A DNA stretch of 64,000 bases from Clostridiaceae bacterium (lineage in GTDB: Bacteria > Bacillota > Clostridia > CAYPLH01 > DUMO01). Shown here in pieces: positions 51,186 through 62,405 of the stretch. Where the stretch lies: NCBI GenBank assembly GCA_012839865.1, contig DUMO01000051.1:1-64000 (forward strand), in the 5' to 3' direction. The position numbers and the translations under genes are program-made. Below the pieces are notes generated by a model, which saw only the letters and a list, made by a program, of their open reading frames with translations, searched no databases and was not told the DNA's origin. Numbering within the stretch: the first letter of the stretch is position 1; every line of letters starts with the position of its first letter.

Positions 51186-52529
51186 ATGGCAACTTTTTTT
51201 GAAGGGCTATCCAGCAAACTTCAGGAAACAATAAAAAAACTGAAAAGCAAGGGAAGGATTACCGAAAAGGATCTAAAAGAGGTAACCAGGGAAATTAAGC
51301 TTGCATTATTAGAGGCAGATGTAAACTTTAAAATTGTAAAGGATTTTATAAATAAAATTTCTGAAAGAGCCTTGGGGCAGGATGTCCTGGAAAGCCTGAC
51401 CCCCGGACAGCAGGTAATCAAAATAGTTCATGAAGAGCTTATTGAACTTATGGGAAGCAGCCAAAGCAAGCTTACATTTTCTCCAAAGCCTCCTTCAGTT
51501 TATATGCTTGTGGGGCTACAGGGCGCAGGTAAAACCACAACCTGCGGAAAGCTTGGGAATCTTTTGAAGAAGCAAGGAAAAAATCCCCTTCTTGTTGCAT
51601 GTGATATTTATCGGCCTGCTGCCATAAAGCAGTTGCAGGTTGTCGGAAATCAACTGGGCATCCCTGTATTTTCCATGGGTGACAAACTGAACCCTGTTGA
51701 TATTGCAAAGGCTAGTATTGAACATGCAAAAAGCAAACAGTATGATACTGTTTTAATTGATACTGCAGGCCGCCTTCATATAAATGAAGAATTGATGGAG
51801 GAACTGAAAAATATAAAGAATGCTGTAAAACCGCAGGAAATTTTGCTTGTGGTTGACGCCATGACCGGACAGGATGCTGTCAATGTTGCTGAAAGCTTCA
51901 GCGGCAAATTGGGTATCGACGGTGTAATAATGACCAAACTGGACGGAGACACCAGGGGTGGAGCAGCCCTTTCAGTCAAGGCCGTTACAGGAAAACCCAT
52001 CAAGTTTGCTGCCATCGGTGAAAAAATGAATGACATTGAGCCCTTTTTCCCCGAAAGAATGGCATCAAGGATTCTTGGAATGGGTGATGTTCTAAGCCTT
52101 ATAGAAAAAGCCCAGGCAGCTTATGATGAAAAGAAAGCCCTGGAGATGGAAAAGAAGCTTAGAACCCAGCAGTTTACCCTGGAGGACTTTCTTGATCAAA
52201 TGCAGCAGATGAAGAAAATGGGGTCTTTAACGGATATCATAAGCATGATACCCGGTTTGAGTGCCAAAGCCTTAAAAAACGTAAATGTGGACGAAAAACA
52301 GATGGTCCGCATGGAAGCAATCATCCAGTCCATGACCCCCGGTGAAAGAAGTGATCCTTCCATTCTAAACGCCAGCAGGCGAAAAAGGATAGCAGCCGGG
52401 AGTGGAACAAGCATACAGGAAGTTAATAAGCTTTTAAAGGACTTCCAGGATTTGAAAAAGCTTCTGAAAAACATGAGCAATATCGGAAAGGGCAGAGGCG
52501 GTCTGGGTAAGTTTAGAATGCCCTTTTAG
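51186..52529 (+). CDS. ffh: Signal recognition particle protein
   Basis: [24 protein letters not shown], Met-rich M domain. Confidence 0.98.
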   Translation: MATFFEGLSSKLQETIKKLKSKGRITEKDLKEVTREIKLALLEADVNFKIVKDFINKISERALGQDVLESLTPGQQVIKIVHEELIELMGSSQSKLTFSPKPPSVYMLVGLQGAGKTTTCGKLGNLLKKQGKNPLLVACDIYRPAAIKQLQVVGNQLGIPVFSMGDKLNPVDIAKASIEHAKSKQYDTVLIDTAGRLHINEELMEELKNIKNAVKPQEILLVVDAMTGQDAVNVAESFSGKLGIDGVIMTKLDGDTRGGAALSVKAVTGKPIKFAAIGEKMNDIEPFFPERMASRILGMGDVLSLIEKAQAAYDEKKALEMEKKLRTQQFTLEDFLDQMQQMKKMGSLTDIISMIPGLSAKALKNVNVDEKQMVRMEAIIQSMTPGERSDPSILNASRRKRIAAGSGTSIQEVNKLLKDFQDLKKLLKNMSNIGKGRGGLGKFRMPF

Positions 52530-52603
52530 CAATTGATCATTGGCTTGCAAAAATGTGGCTATGCCGCTTTTTATATTATACTATTACCGGGGAGGTGAAC
52601 ACG

Positions 52604-52849
52604 TTGGCAGTTAAAATCAGATTAAAGAGAATGGGTGCAAAGAAAACTCCTTTTTATAGAGTAGTTGTTGCAGACTCAAGATCTCCGAGGGATGGAAGGT
52701 TCATTGAAGAACTTGGTTATTATAATCCTGTAAGTGATCCCGTTGAAATCAAGATTGACGGTGAAAAAGCACAAAAATGGTTAAAGAACGGTGCTCAACC
52801 GACAGATACTGTAAAATACCTGTTGAAGAAATCCGGGATAATTGAATAG
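52604..52849 (+). CDS. rpsP: 30S ribosomal protein S16
   Basis: [34 protein letters not shown] after GGAGGTGA. Confidence 0.97.
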   Translation: MAVKIRLKRMGAKKTPFYRVVVADSRSPRDGRFIEELGYYNPVSDPVEIKIDGEKAQKWLKNGAQPTDTVKYLLKKSGIIE

Positions 52850-52875
52850 GATAACAATACTAGGAGGTAATGTTT

Positions 52876-53106
52876 ATGAAAGAGCTACTTGAAACAATTG
52901 CAAAAGCTCTGGTTGATCATCCTGATGAGGTTGAAATCAACGAAATCGAGGGTGAAAAATCATTGATACTTGAGCTGAAAGTAGCTAAAGAGGATATGGG
53001 TAAGGTAATAGGAAGACAGGGAAGAATTGCTAAAGCAATTAGGACGGTTGTTAAAGCATCAGCTGTGAAATCTAACAAAAGGGTAGTTGTTGAAATAATT
53101 CAATAA
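52876..53106 (+). CDS. khpA: KH-domain RNA-binding protein KhpA
   Basis: DMGKVIGRQGRIAKAIR; follows rpsP. Confidence 0.93.
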   Translation: MKELLETIAKALVDHPDEVEINEIEGEKSLILELKVAKEDMGKVIGRQGRIAKAIRTVVKASAVKSNKRVVVEIIQ

Positions 53107-53111
53107 CATTT

Positions 53112-53156
53112 AAAAAAAATTGGTGCAGGATTCTATAGAATCATGCACCTTTTTTT
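53112..53156. terminator. Terminator after khpA
   Basis: GGTGCA.GATTCT/AGAATC.TGCACC stem with A run before and T run after. Confidence 0.7.
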
Positions 53157-53320
53157 GTTCAGCAGGTTTATTAACACCAGGTGCGTATAGAACGCAAGAA
53201 TAACTTATATTAATGGGTCCCATTCATTTTTTGTTCGATAAAACATCACAAATGCAGCTTAAGAGGAGAAAAGTACTTTTATATTTACCTGAAATTAAAT
53301 GCATGCAGAATATAACAATG

Positions 53321-54928
53321 TCACCCAATGTTACCTATATTGAAGAAACTCGAAAATATCCTGTAATCGATTTTGGGGAAAATGTTGTTTTTTTGCTCAA
53401 GGCTGTTGAGCCAGCTTTCATCTATGTTACATTCCTTTATGGAATTATAAATTTTTGTAAAATTGTTTAAATGTTCTTTCGTGCGCTTTATTGCATATTG
53501 AACCATGGTGCCGCTCTTCATGATAAAAGCCCAATCACTGCTTTGGGCCAGCAAAAGCTCCCTGGCAGCCTGATTCAATGCTTTTCTTGTTATTCCGCTG
53601 CTTCCCGGGTGGCTGTCAGCAAGTTCAGTCATCCTTTCCGAAGCCTTGTGCAGATGCCTGTAAATCCAATCATTTGAACCATTGAGCCAGTATTCGCTAT
53701 ATCCGTTACAACCCCAGCTTGACGGATTTGGATTTGAAATTTGCATTACAGGGTTTTCCTCCAGGTATTCACTTAAGGTTGCTGTTCTTATGGTATCCTG
53801 TTCAAAATATAATTTACGCAGCAAAAAGTCCAGCCAGACAGGTCCTTCATACCACCAATGCCCGAACAATTCCGCATCGAAGGGGCATACCATAACAGGT
53901 CTTTTTTTAATTTTATCAAAAATATATTCAGCCTGCTTTATCCGCCTGTTCATAAAATCAGTCGCATGCATTCCAGCTTTCTTTACTGCACCTTCAGGAT
54001 TATAGAGCTTTTTTTCATTTGTTTTGCCTGTAATTCTGTGATACTTGATACCGGTGTTTACTCTTTGGCCATCCCTTGAAATGTAGTTTTTAATGTAGCC
54101 AAAGTCAAGATCATAACCGATATCCCGGTAGAAATCCCTGTAATCCCGGTCTCCCGGATACCCTGTCTCGGCACTCCAAACTTCTTTTGCTGATTCAGTA
54201 TCCCTTCCAAAAGCAACAATGCCGTTTGGTGTAACTATAGGACGGTAAAGGCTATACACAGGTCTTGGATTTGCATATAAAAGCCCATGGGATTCAATGA
54301 CTATAAACTTTATGCCATACCTTCCCAGCACTTTTTCAATCACAGGTACATACCCGCACTCAGGCAGCCAGATGCCTTTAGGGTTCTTTTGAAAATATTC
54401 CAGAAATGTCTTGACTCCGATGCCCACCTGGGCATCTATAACCTTTGGACATGTTTCATATACGGGAAGAAACCCGTGAGTTGCCGCACCTGCAATGATT
54501 TCAACAGTCCCGGATTCCTGAAAGCTTTTGATGGTGCCAATGAGGTCACATTTATAAACTCCTACATATTTATGGTAATCTTCTTTATATTTCCTGTTGT
54601 AGAATTTCGCAAGCTCATTAAGCCTGATATCGTATTTCGTCCGTATTACTTCCTTTTCAGTAAGTTCAATCATGGATTCCAGATACCGTTTATATCTTTT
54701 TTGCAGCAATTCATCATTCAACATTGATATCAGGGAAGGTGTCATTGAAATTGTCAGTCTGAAGTTGATTTTCTCATTTATAAGGTTTCCAAATACGCCT
54801 ATCAGTGGGATATAGGACTCCGATATGGCTTCAAAAAGCCATTTTTCTTCAAACATGGAGTCGTTTTCGGGATGTCTTACAAATGGAAGATGCATGTTGA
54901 GTATTAAAGATAAATAACCCTTGAACAT
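53321..54928 (-). CDS. GH57 alpha-1,4-glucan branching enzyme (DUF1957)
   Basis: HLPFVRHPE, ATHGFLP, GIWLPEC (nucleophile), PFDAELFGHWWYEG (acid/base), RELLLAQSSDWAF. Confidence 0.92.
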   Translation of the reverse strand: MFKGYLSLILNMHLPFVRHPENDSMFEEKWLFEAISESYIPLIGVFGNLINEKINFRLTISMTPSLISMLNDELLQKRYKRYLESMIELTEKEVIRTKYDIRLNELAKFYNRKYKEDYHKYVGVYKCDLIGTIKSFQESGTVEIIAGAATHGFLPVYETCPKVIDAQVGIGVKTFLEYFQKNPKGIWLPECGYVPVIEKVLGRYGIKFIVIESHGLLYANPRPVYSLYRPIVTPNGIVAFGRDTESAKEVWSAETGYPGDRDYRDFYRDIGYDLDFGYIKNYISRDGQRVNTGIKYHRITGKTNEKKLYNPEGAVKKAGMHATDFMNRRIKQAEYIFDKIKKRPVMVCPFDAELFGHWWYEGPVWLDFLLRKLYFEQDTIRTATLSEYLEENPVMQISNPNPSSWGCNGYSEYWLNGSNDWIYRHLHKASERMTELADSHPGSSGITRKALNQAARELLLAQSSDWAFIMKSGTMVQYAIKRTKEHLNNFTKIYNSIKECNIDESWLNSLEQKNNIFPKIDYRIFSSFFNIGNIG

Positions 54929-54971
54929 TTCATAAACCCTTTCCAAGCATAGCAAGATTGCTGAAGATTTT

Positions 54972-55520
54972 TTATGAATAAAAAGAATATCCATTATATC
55001 CGTAAATCAAGAAGGACTCTTTGGATACAGAATCTCTATAGTATATTTCCGATGAGCCAAGACCATAAATAAAATTATACAATACTGTACTGTATGTTAC
55101 GTTATCCAAATTAATCTGTGGAAGCGGCTGGCTGCAATCTGCAAATATCACATGATTATTTTTACTGACGGTGTTGTTTGGTGTCAAAGCACAATTTGAA
55201 CCGATTACACATATAAAACTGTTATTGATATGCCTGCCCAGCTCAGCCTTATACAGGGATCCTGGTTCCTTCACATGGATGTACCAGTCTGAAGCATTGT
55301 CATTTATATTTATTAAAAAACTATGGTTTTTTGAAAGGTTAGTCACCTTTAATGCCGGAACGGATTTATTCCAAAAATCTTCTCCAATGTTGTTCATGTG
55401 TGTCTTTAAATCTTCTTTCTTTATTTCCCAGTATGTGTAAATATTATATGGATCTATGGCAATCAACACCATTTTGCTGTCATTATATCTTAAAGGCAGA
55501 TAATTATCCCGTACAGACAT
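54972..55520 (-). CDS. DUF4912 domain protein
   Basis: LPLRYNDSKMVLIAIDP..IYTYWE, WYIHV, ELG pattern; directly upstream of the GH57 gene. Confidence 0.8.
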   Translation of the reverse strand: MSVRDNYLPLRYNDSKMVLIAIDPYNIYTYWEIKKEDLKTHMNNIGEDFWNKSVPALKVTNLSKNHSFLININDNASDWYIHVKEPGSLYKAELGRHINNSFICVIGSNCALTPNNTVSKNNHVIFADCSQPLPQINLDNVTYSTVLYNFIYGLGSSEIYYRDSVSKESFLIYGYNGYSFYS

Positions 55521-55747
55521 TTATTGAAGGACCTCCGTTTAAATATGTCTATTCTCAAATTCCATAATATTTTCTCTTGGATTGTTTTATATTATTCAGG
55601 CAATAGCAACAATAAAAATCAGAATTGAAGGAATTTCATTTTTACTTTGTCTTAAACTGCATAAAATATATTTGCTTAAATGGCACCCTTTATGTTTTTA
55701 AAAAGCAGTGCCTGAACATTATAGATGCAAATGAAAGGAAACGGTAT

Positions 55748-56965
55748 ATGAGGATTCTGATGCTGTCATGGGAATATCCGCCAAGAATAGTAGGAGGAAT
55801 ATCCAGAGTGGTATATCACCTGTCTCAAAAACTGGGAGAGGCAGGTAATGAAGTACATGTTGTCACCTGCCGGGAACAGAATACACCGGCAATAGAGAAA
55901 GATTCAAATGTTTATGTGCACAGGGTTCATACATATGATGTGAAACCCGGTAATTTTGTTGATTGGGTTCTGCATTTTAATTTTACAATTATAGAACACT
56001 GCATTAAAATGATAAATGAAACAGGCAAATTTGATATTATTCATGCTCACGACTGGATAGTGGCCTTTGCCGCCCGGGTATTGAAAAATGCCTACTTCAT
56101 GCCCCTTGCATGTACAATTCATGCAACGGAATACGGGAGAAACTGGGGTATCCATAATGAAACACAAAAATACATCAGTAATGTTGAATGGTTTTTGACG
56201 TATGAATCCTGGAAAGTCATTGTGAACAGCAATTACATGAAAGAGGAAGTTATCAGGGTGTTTAACCTGCCCTGGGATAAAATTGAATTGGTCCCTAATG
56301 GAATTGACATTAATAAATTTGCCGGAATTGAGAAAGATATGAATTTTCGGAGGAGGTATGCCCACGACAGTGAAAAAATCATATTTTATGTCGGGAGGAT
56401 TGTAAACGAAAAGGGAGTAGGTGTTTTGCTTGACTCAGTGCCTATGGTTTTAAGTGCTTACAAAGGTGCAAAATTCATAATTTCAGGCAAGGGACCACAA
56501 CTGGATTACCTGAAAACCAAAGCATCAGCAATGGGCGTATCGCAGAATATTTATTTTACCGGATATATCAGCGATGAAGACCTTTTAAGATTATATAAAT
56601 GTGTTGATATAGCTGTGTTCCCAAGTCTGTATGAACCCTTTGGAATTGTTGCCCTGGAGGGAATGGCTGCGGGGGTTCCCATCGTTGTATCTGATGTGGG
56701 GGGACTGGGAGAAATAGTGGAGCATGGAGTTAATGGTTTGAAATGCATTGCAGGAAATGCAAATTCATTGGCCTGTTCAATACTTGAAATATTATTCAAC
56801 CCGCAAAAAGGAGAAGTAATGAAAAATAACGCTTTGAAAAAAGTTAGAGCTCATTTCACCTGGGATATAATTTCCAGGCAAACACAAAAAGTGTATCAGA
56901 AAATTCTTGATGAAAGAAAAAGGACCAATTGGGTAATCAAGCCGATTATGAGCGAATTGCCCTGA
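55748..56965 (+). CDS. GT4 family glycosyltransferase
   Basis: MRILMLSWEYPP.IVGG, IHAHDW, YVGRIVNEKG, PSLYEPFGIVALE. Confidence 0.93.
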   Translation: MRILMLSWEYPPRIVGGISRVVYHLSQKLGEAGNEVHVVTCREQNTPAIEKDSNVYVHRVHTYDVKPGNFVDWVLHFNFTIIEHCIKMINETGKFDIIHAHDWIVAFAARVLKNAYFMPLACTIHATEYGRNWGIHNETQKYISNVEWFLTYESWKVIVNSNYMKEEVIRVFNLPWDKIELVPNGIDINKFAGIEKDMNFRRRYAHDSEKIIFYVGRIVNEKGVGVLLDSVPMVLSAYKGAKFIISGKGPQLDYLKTKASAMGVSQNIYFTGYISDEDLLRLYKCVDIAVFPSLYEPFGIVALEGMAAGVPIVVSDVGGLGEIVEHGVNGLKCIAGNANSLACSILEILFNPQKGEVMKNNALKKVRAHFTWDIISRQTQKVYQKILDERKRTNWVIKPIMSELP

Positions 56966-57074
56966 ATTTTTATTTTAAGTTGAAATATAATGTATGTATA
57001 CTTTATAATGAGAAATAATAGCAATCATTGCTATAAGGTCAAATGCTAAAGAAAAGAGATTTGGAGGTTTAGGT

Positions 57075-58742
57075 GTGTCAAAAGAACAAAAAAGACTTAA
57101 AGTAATACCTCTTGGCGGGCTTGAGGAAATAGGAAAAAATATTACAGTTTTCGAATATGAAGATGACATAATAATTGTGGATTGCGGAATGTCATTTCCT
57201 GAAGATGAAATGCTGGGAGTTGACCTGGTAATACCTGATATTTCTTATTTAACCAAAAATAAAGAGAAAGTAAGAGCGATAATATTGACCCACGGTCATG
57301 AAGATCATATTGGAGCAATACCTTATGTATTAAAGGATTTAAATGTACCGGTATATGGAACAAAACTTACTCTGGGGCTAGTAAAACACAAGCTGGATGA
57401 GCATGAAATGACAAGTGATGCCATTTTATATGAAATAAAAAGCGGTGATATTTTAAACCTTGGCTGTTTTAGTGTGGAAATTATCAGATCAACCCACAGT
57501 ATAGCTGATTCTGTCGCATTGGCAATTCATACTCCGGTAGGAGTTGTCCTGCATACTTCGGATTTTAAAATAGATTTTACTCCTATTGAAGGTGAGCCGA
57601 TGGACCTTGCCCGGATAGCTGAGCTTGGAAGAAAGGGCATACTTCTCCTGCTGTGCGATAGTACAAATGTTGAACGTGAAGGATACACAATGTCTGAAAA
57701 AACTGTCGGATATACTTTTGAAAGTATATTTGAAAATGCCAGGCAAAGAATACTGGTGGCAACCTTTGCATCAAATGTCCATCGGGTTCAGCAGGTTATC
57801 AATGCTTCGGTCAAATTTGGAAGAAAAGTTGCTATTTGCGGAAGAAGCATGATAAATGTTGTGAGCGCAGCCATGGACATGGGTTACCTTCAAATTCCCG
57901 ACGGCGTATTGATAGACATTGATGATATTAACAAGTATGCACCGGAGGAATTGGCTATTATAACTACAGGAAGCCAGGGAGAGCCAATGTCGGCCCTGAC
58001 CCGTATGGCTTTTTCCGACCATAGAAAAGTCGAAATTGTCCCGGGGGACCTGGTTATTATTTCTGCAAACCCGATTCCGGGCAATGAAAAATTAGTCTCA
58101 AGAGTTATTAATGAATTATTTAAAAAGGGAGCCGATGTAATTTATGAAGCTCTGGCTGACATCCATGTTTCAGGCCATGCCTGCCAGGAAGAATTGAAGC
58201 TTATCCACTGCCTGGCAAAACCCAGGTTTTTTGTTCCGGTGCATGGAGAATACAGGCATCTTAAGCAGCACGCAATACTTGCAAACAGCCTTGGAATGCC
58301 AATGGAGAATATTTTCATATTGAGCAACGGAAGAGTTATGGAACTATCCCCCGACAAAGCAAGGGTTACCGGAAACGTAACTTCCGGCAACATTATGGTT
58401 GACGGCCTTGGAGTAGGGGATGTGGGCAATATTGTGCTGAAGGACAGGAAGCTTTTATCCCAGGATGGTCTGTTAATAATCGTTATTTCCATTGATGCCG
58501 ATTCCGGAAATATAGTGGCAGGCCCTGATGTTATTTCAAGAGGTTTCGTTTATGTAAGGGAATCTGAAGACCTTATGGAAGAAGTTAAGGAAAAATGCAG
58601 GATTGCCCTTGCAAAATGCGATGAGAAAAAGAAAAACAACTGGGATAAGAAGAAAATTGCCATCAAGGAGACTTTAAGAGATTTCCTGTACGAAAAGACA
58701 AAGAGAAAACCAATGATACTTCCTATTATCATGGAAGTCTGA
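57075..58742 (+). CDS. rnj: Ribonuclease J
   Basis: PLGGLEEIGKN, THGHEDHIG, GSQGEP, HVSGHA, RKPMILP. Confidence 0.97.
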   Translation: MSKEQKRLKVIPLGGLEEIGKNITVFEYEDDIIIVDCGMSFPEDEMLGVDLVIPDISYLTKNKEKVRAIILTHGHEDHIGAIPYVLKDLNVPVYGTKLTLGLVKHKLDEHEMTSDAILYEIKSGDILNLGCFSVEIIRSTHSIADSVALAIHTPVGVVLHTSDFKIDFTPIEGEPMDLARIAELGRKGILLLLCDSTNVEREGYTMSEKTVGYTFESIFENARQRILVATFASNVHRVQQVINASVKFGRKVAICGRSMINVVSAAMDMGYLQIPDGVLIDIDDINKYAPEELAIITTGSQGEPMSALTRMAFSDHRKVEIVPGDLVIISANPIPGNEKLVSRVINELFKKGADVIYEALADIHVSGHACQEELKLIHCLAKPRFFVPVHGEYRHLKQHAILANSLGMPMENIFILSNGRVMELSPDKARVTGNVTSGNIMVDGLGVGDVGNIVLKDRKLLSQDGLLIIVISIDADSGNIVAGPDVISRGFVYVRESEDLMEEVKEKCRIALAKCDEKKKNNWDKKKIAIKETLRDFLYEKTKRKPMILPIIMEV

Positions 58743-58793
58743 CACAATAATTGCATAAGTCTTTATGATAAACAATAATGGATCTTCCGATTA

Positions 58794-60059
58794 TCATGGA
58801 AGCCTGATTATTTTTTTCCTGTATTCCAGTCCTGACTGTCTTTTATTTTTATCAGGGCAGCCCAGTACATACAAGTCTGTGGCAATATTTTCAATCCTGA
58901 AAAGTTCTTTTTCCATATTGCCATGGGATTTTTCAATTGAAGCTGCCCTGGTTACAACCGGAAGAGTGGATTGTTTCTTTATCCGGGTGAGAAGTTTGAG
59001 TCCTTTGCTGTTGAACCCCAAAACCCTTATGTATGGGGGACCATTGAAACTGTCATACATGTTTTTTGTGATTCCTGTCAACGAATAAAACAAGACTCTA
59101 TTTATACGTGTCCTGGTGTATCTTTTTGCACATATCATATCCAAAAGGGTTTCATAATCTCCGGCAATATTTGCAGCATGCTTTATTCTGTTTTCAAGTC
59201 CTTCGGATACATCCTGAAGCTCCCTGATTTCATCAGCCCTCAGTTTTCTTAAGTTACCCAGAATCAATGAGCCGAAAGTTTCAGGAAAAACGGGACCTGT
59301 GCCCTTTTCAAACTCATCTGTCAATAAGTCCAGACAATCTTTGGGCATGACTTTTTCAAGTTCGCCGTATATGTTTTTTTTGTCAACTGTGCAACCAGCA
59401 TATGATTTTTTGATGAAATTCCTGATTGCATTGGCACTTGAAAATATGCCGGTTATATTTTCATCATTGTAATTGTTGCCGGTTCTTTTGATTGTATATG
59501 GTTGCATGGAGCTTTTCAGTCTTTTGATTGCCTTCATATATTCAATTCCCAGTATGTTGTTGGAACTTTTCATTGTATCTTCCAACTGTTTATTGCCGCT
59601 TTGGCTCAAATATTCCCTGATGGTAGCTTCCCTTGCAGCAGGAAAGGATAAGCCTTTTTTAAGATTTTTCTGAAGAAGATCCTTAAAAAGCTCGTTTTCA
59701 TTGTTTAAAATGTCTGCGGCAATACTTAATTCGTCAAGATTTCCGGACTCGCTTCCAAAGCACAGGCAGTCAACAACTCCGGTACTGTCCAAAAGCTTCA
59801 CGGCACTGCCTGCAAAAAACTCTGCGCTTCCTGCTGAATAAATGCATGGGTTTTCAATTACAAGGTCGACTCCTGAAAGGAGGGCCATTTTTGTCCTGGT
59901 CCATTTATCTATAATGGCAGGTTCCCCCCGTTGGACAAAGTTGCCGCTCATCACAGAGATGACAGCGTCACAGCCTGTGATTTCACGGGATTTTTCCAAG
60001 TGGAATTTATGACCGTTATGGAAAGGATTATATTCCGAAACAATACCTAAAACTTTCAT
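58794..60059 (-). CDS. tmcAL: tRNA(Met) cytidine acetate ligase (YlbM/TmcAL family)
   Basis: GIVSEYNPFHNGH, MSGNFVQRGEPA, SNNILGIEY, KRYT..RI.R, YIRVLGF. Confidence 0.9.
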   Translation of the reverse strand: MKVLGIVSEYNPFHNGHKFHLEKSREITGCDAVISVMSGNFVQRGEPAIIDKWTRTKMALLSGVDLVIENPCIYSAGSAEFFAGSAVKLLDSTGVVDCLCFGSESGNLDELSIAADILNNENELFKDLLQKNLKKGLSFPAAREATIREYLSQSGNKQLEDTMKSSNNILGIEYMKAIKRLKSSMQPYTIKRTGNNYNDENITGIFSSANAIRNFIKKSYAGCTVDKKNIYGELEKVMPKDCLDLLTDEFEKGTGPVFPETFGSLILGNLRKLRADEIRELQDVSEGLENRIKHAANIAGDYETLLDMICAKRYTRTRINRVLFYSLTGITKNMYDSFNGPPYIRVLGFNSKGLKLLTRIKKQSTLPVVTRAASIEKSHGNMEKELFRIENIATDLYVLGCPDKNKRQSGLEYRKKIIRLP

Positions 60060-60231
60060 ATCAGCCTCACAAATTAAATTATGCAGGTTTTCCTTACCAT
60101 AAGCCCGGTGCCTTATCGGCACATACAAATTATAGCCATGGTTTTTATCCAAAAAACAAAGTGAAGGGTTTTATAATAAAAAAACATTTTTTTATTTCAT
60201 TTATTATATATCAATCAGGAGAATTTTTAAA

Positions 60232-61131
60232 TTAAATATTCTTCTCCATTTCCTTTTCCAAATTCTCAAGATTGTCAAGCAAAATATTCCCTTTAATTTC
60301 TGTAAGGAGCAAGTTTTTATCGTTTACAACCTTCTCAAATTCATATATGGAATAATCTATCTTATTTGCGCTTTCCTGCTGCTCCGGCTTTATTGAATTC
60401 TTAAAAAGAGACCAGGAAGCCTTTGCGCTTGATACATCAAGGGATGCCTGACCCCAATCACCTTTGCCTGCAAGCAAGACCGCATTTCGTGAAAAATGGC
60501 GTATCCTTTTTATTTCAGGAGAAACCTTTGTCTTATAAAGAGAATAAAAGTCGGGAATAAATGAATAAAACCTGCTGCAAAAAATCAGACTTTCTTCAAG
60601 ATTCCGTTCTGCAGTCTTTACAGTCAGATCATTCAGAGCATTGCTGAAATCTTCAATAAGCTTGTTGCTTGCGCCTTTTTTAGCTGCCACTGGTATTAAG
60701 CTGTTCCATTGAACATGTATTTCATGTATACCGGCTGATATCTCTTTCCATGGATCCTGGACCTGCTGCTCCTGTCCTTGCTGATCCTTTTGTCCATGGC
60801 CTTGATCCTGACCCTGTCCCTGGCCTTGTTCCTGCTCTGATTTCTGCCCTTGCTGCTCCTGTCCCTGTTCCTTCTGTCCTTGCTCCTGAGCCTGATTTTG
60901 CCCCTGCTGCACATTACCGCCGCCTTTTGCCAGACTGGTTAAATCTTTAAACATCTTTTCAATTTTTTTCTCAATCTCTTTGAGCTGTTCGGGGGGATCT
61001 TCATTTTCACCGGAATCTTTTGCCGACTGCCTCTGCATTTCAGGATTCTGCTTGTTTTGGCTGCAGCCTGTAAACAGGAAAATAAGAAGTGTAAAAATTA
61101 TTAATATATACAGCGGAATTTTTTTTAACAT
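60232..61131 (-). CDS. Lipoprotein of unknown function with Gln/Gly-rich linker
   Basis: GGAGG RBS; signal peptide ending FLFTGC (lipobox); Q-rich tract; helical C-terminal domain. Confidence 0.8.
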   Translation of the reverse strand: MLKKIPLYILIIFTLLIFLFTGCSQNKQNPEMQRQSAKDSGENEDPPEQLKEIEKKIEKMFKDLTSLAKGGGNVQQGQNQAQEQGQKEQGQEQQGQKSEQEQGQGQGQDQGHGQKDQQGQEQQVQDPWKEISAGIHEIHVQWNSLIPVAAKKGASNKLIEDFSNALNDLTVKTAERNLEESLIFCSRFYSFIPDFYSLYKTKVSPEIKRIRHFSRNAVLLAGKGDWGQASLDVSSAKASWSLFKNSIKPEQQESANKIDYSIYEFEKVVNDKNLLLTEIKGNILLDNLENLEKEMEKNI

Positions 61132-61352
61132 CAATAAACCTCCTTGCCGGTAGTACAATACAAGATTAATTTTTTCGTTATTATGATGTCTAATCCGACA
61201 CATAAAAATTCATGTGCAAGATAAACTTACCTTTATTTGAAAGCCTTTAATGCCATAATGGGCAGTTAACATAATTTACATAAAGGTATTTTTCTTTTTG
61301 TGTCAAATTAGTATTGTGTATGCTTAAAAAAAATTATACAGGAGGCAGGCCG

Positions 61353-61664
61353 GTGTCAATCACAGTTAGCTTATGGTCAAAAAAAAGAGGAGAAATTAAA
61401 AGGTTTCTGGAAAGGTTTTATGAAAGAGAGATGGATATTGACATAGATTTGGAAAAATGGGTCTATATATATAATAAACCACTTATGTCAGTTGATCTTA
61501 TCAGCGCGGTTCTGGACAATAATGATGATTTTGATATTTATCTGTTTCTGCAGGTTAATGACGGGCAGTTTCATTTTGTAACTGAAGAAAATAAAAATGA
61601 TATTATAAAAAGCCTGTTTCAACTTTATTATGATGTAAATAACACTCAACCGGTTTATTGCTAG
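61353..61664 (+). CDS. Hypothetical protein
   Basis: GTG start after AGGAGG; 103 aa, no recognised motif. Confidence 0.7.
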   Translation: MSITVSLWSKKRGEIKRFLERFYEREMDIDIDLEKWVYIYNKPLMSVDLISAVLDNNDDFDIYLFLQVNDGQFHFVTEENKNDIIKSLFQLYYDVNNTQPVYC

Positions 61665-61855
61665 AACCTTAAGTTATAAAATAACAAAAATTAAACTTTT
61701 GCAGCAGTTTATTTTTAAAATACCGTTAAATGAGTATAATATATTAAATTATTAAATAAAATAATTTAATATATTAATATTTTTATTGAAATATTTAATT
61801 TAATGGTATACTATATATGTAATAATAAATTTTTATTAGAGGGAGGATATGAAAC

Positions 61856-62350
61856 ATGTCATTTTTTGATAACTTATCAAAAAAGGTAAGCAACACTGCA
61901 AAATCTGCTGCGAAGAAATCAAGCAACCTGGTGGAAATCGCGAAACTTAACATGAATATCAGCTCGGAAGAAGATAAAATTAACAAACTTTATGCAGAGA
62001 TAGGGAAAATTGCTTATTCATCATACTCCGCCGGCAAAGAAGTGCCTGAGGAGTATAAAACCCAGTGTGAATCTATAAAAACATGCCTGGACAATATCAA
62101 AAATTTTAAGAAGCAAATTATGGCCTTAAAGCAGATTAAGGAATGTCCTTCATGTGGAAATGAACTGGAAATTGATGCTGTTTTCTGTTCAAAATGCGGG
62201 GCCAAACAGGAAATAATCAAACCGGAAAATTCAGAAGCAAAGGAATCAGACAAGAATGATACTGCTGAAGAATGTGATAAATGCGAAGACACCCAGGAAG
62301 AAAAATCAGATAATGAACAGGACGACGAATCTGAAACCGAGGTTGAATGA
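61856..62350 (+). CDS. Zinc-ribbon domain protein with coiled N-terminus and acidic tail
   Basis: CPSC...CSKC; GAGGAGG RBS. Confidence 0.85.
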   Translation: MSFFDNLSKKVSNTAKSAAKKSSNLVEIAKLNMNISSEEDKINKLYAEIGKIAYSSYSAGKEVPEEYKTQCESIKTCLDNIKNFKKQIMALKQIKECPSCGNELEIDAVFCSKCGAKQEIIKPENSEAKESDKNDTAEECDKCEDTQEEKSDNEQDDESETEVE

Positions 62351-62373
62351 GAATAGGTTCTGTTACTTATAAC

Positions 62374-62405
62374 AAAAGCTCGGAGGCGTATGTCACCGGG
62401 CTTTT
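62374..62405 (+). terminator. Terminator
   Basis: AAAAGCTCGG...CCGGGCTTTT. Confidence 0.6.
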
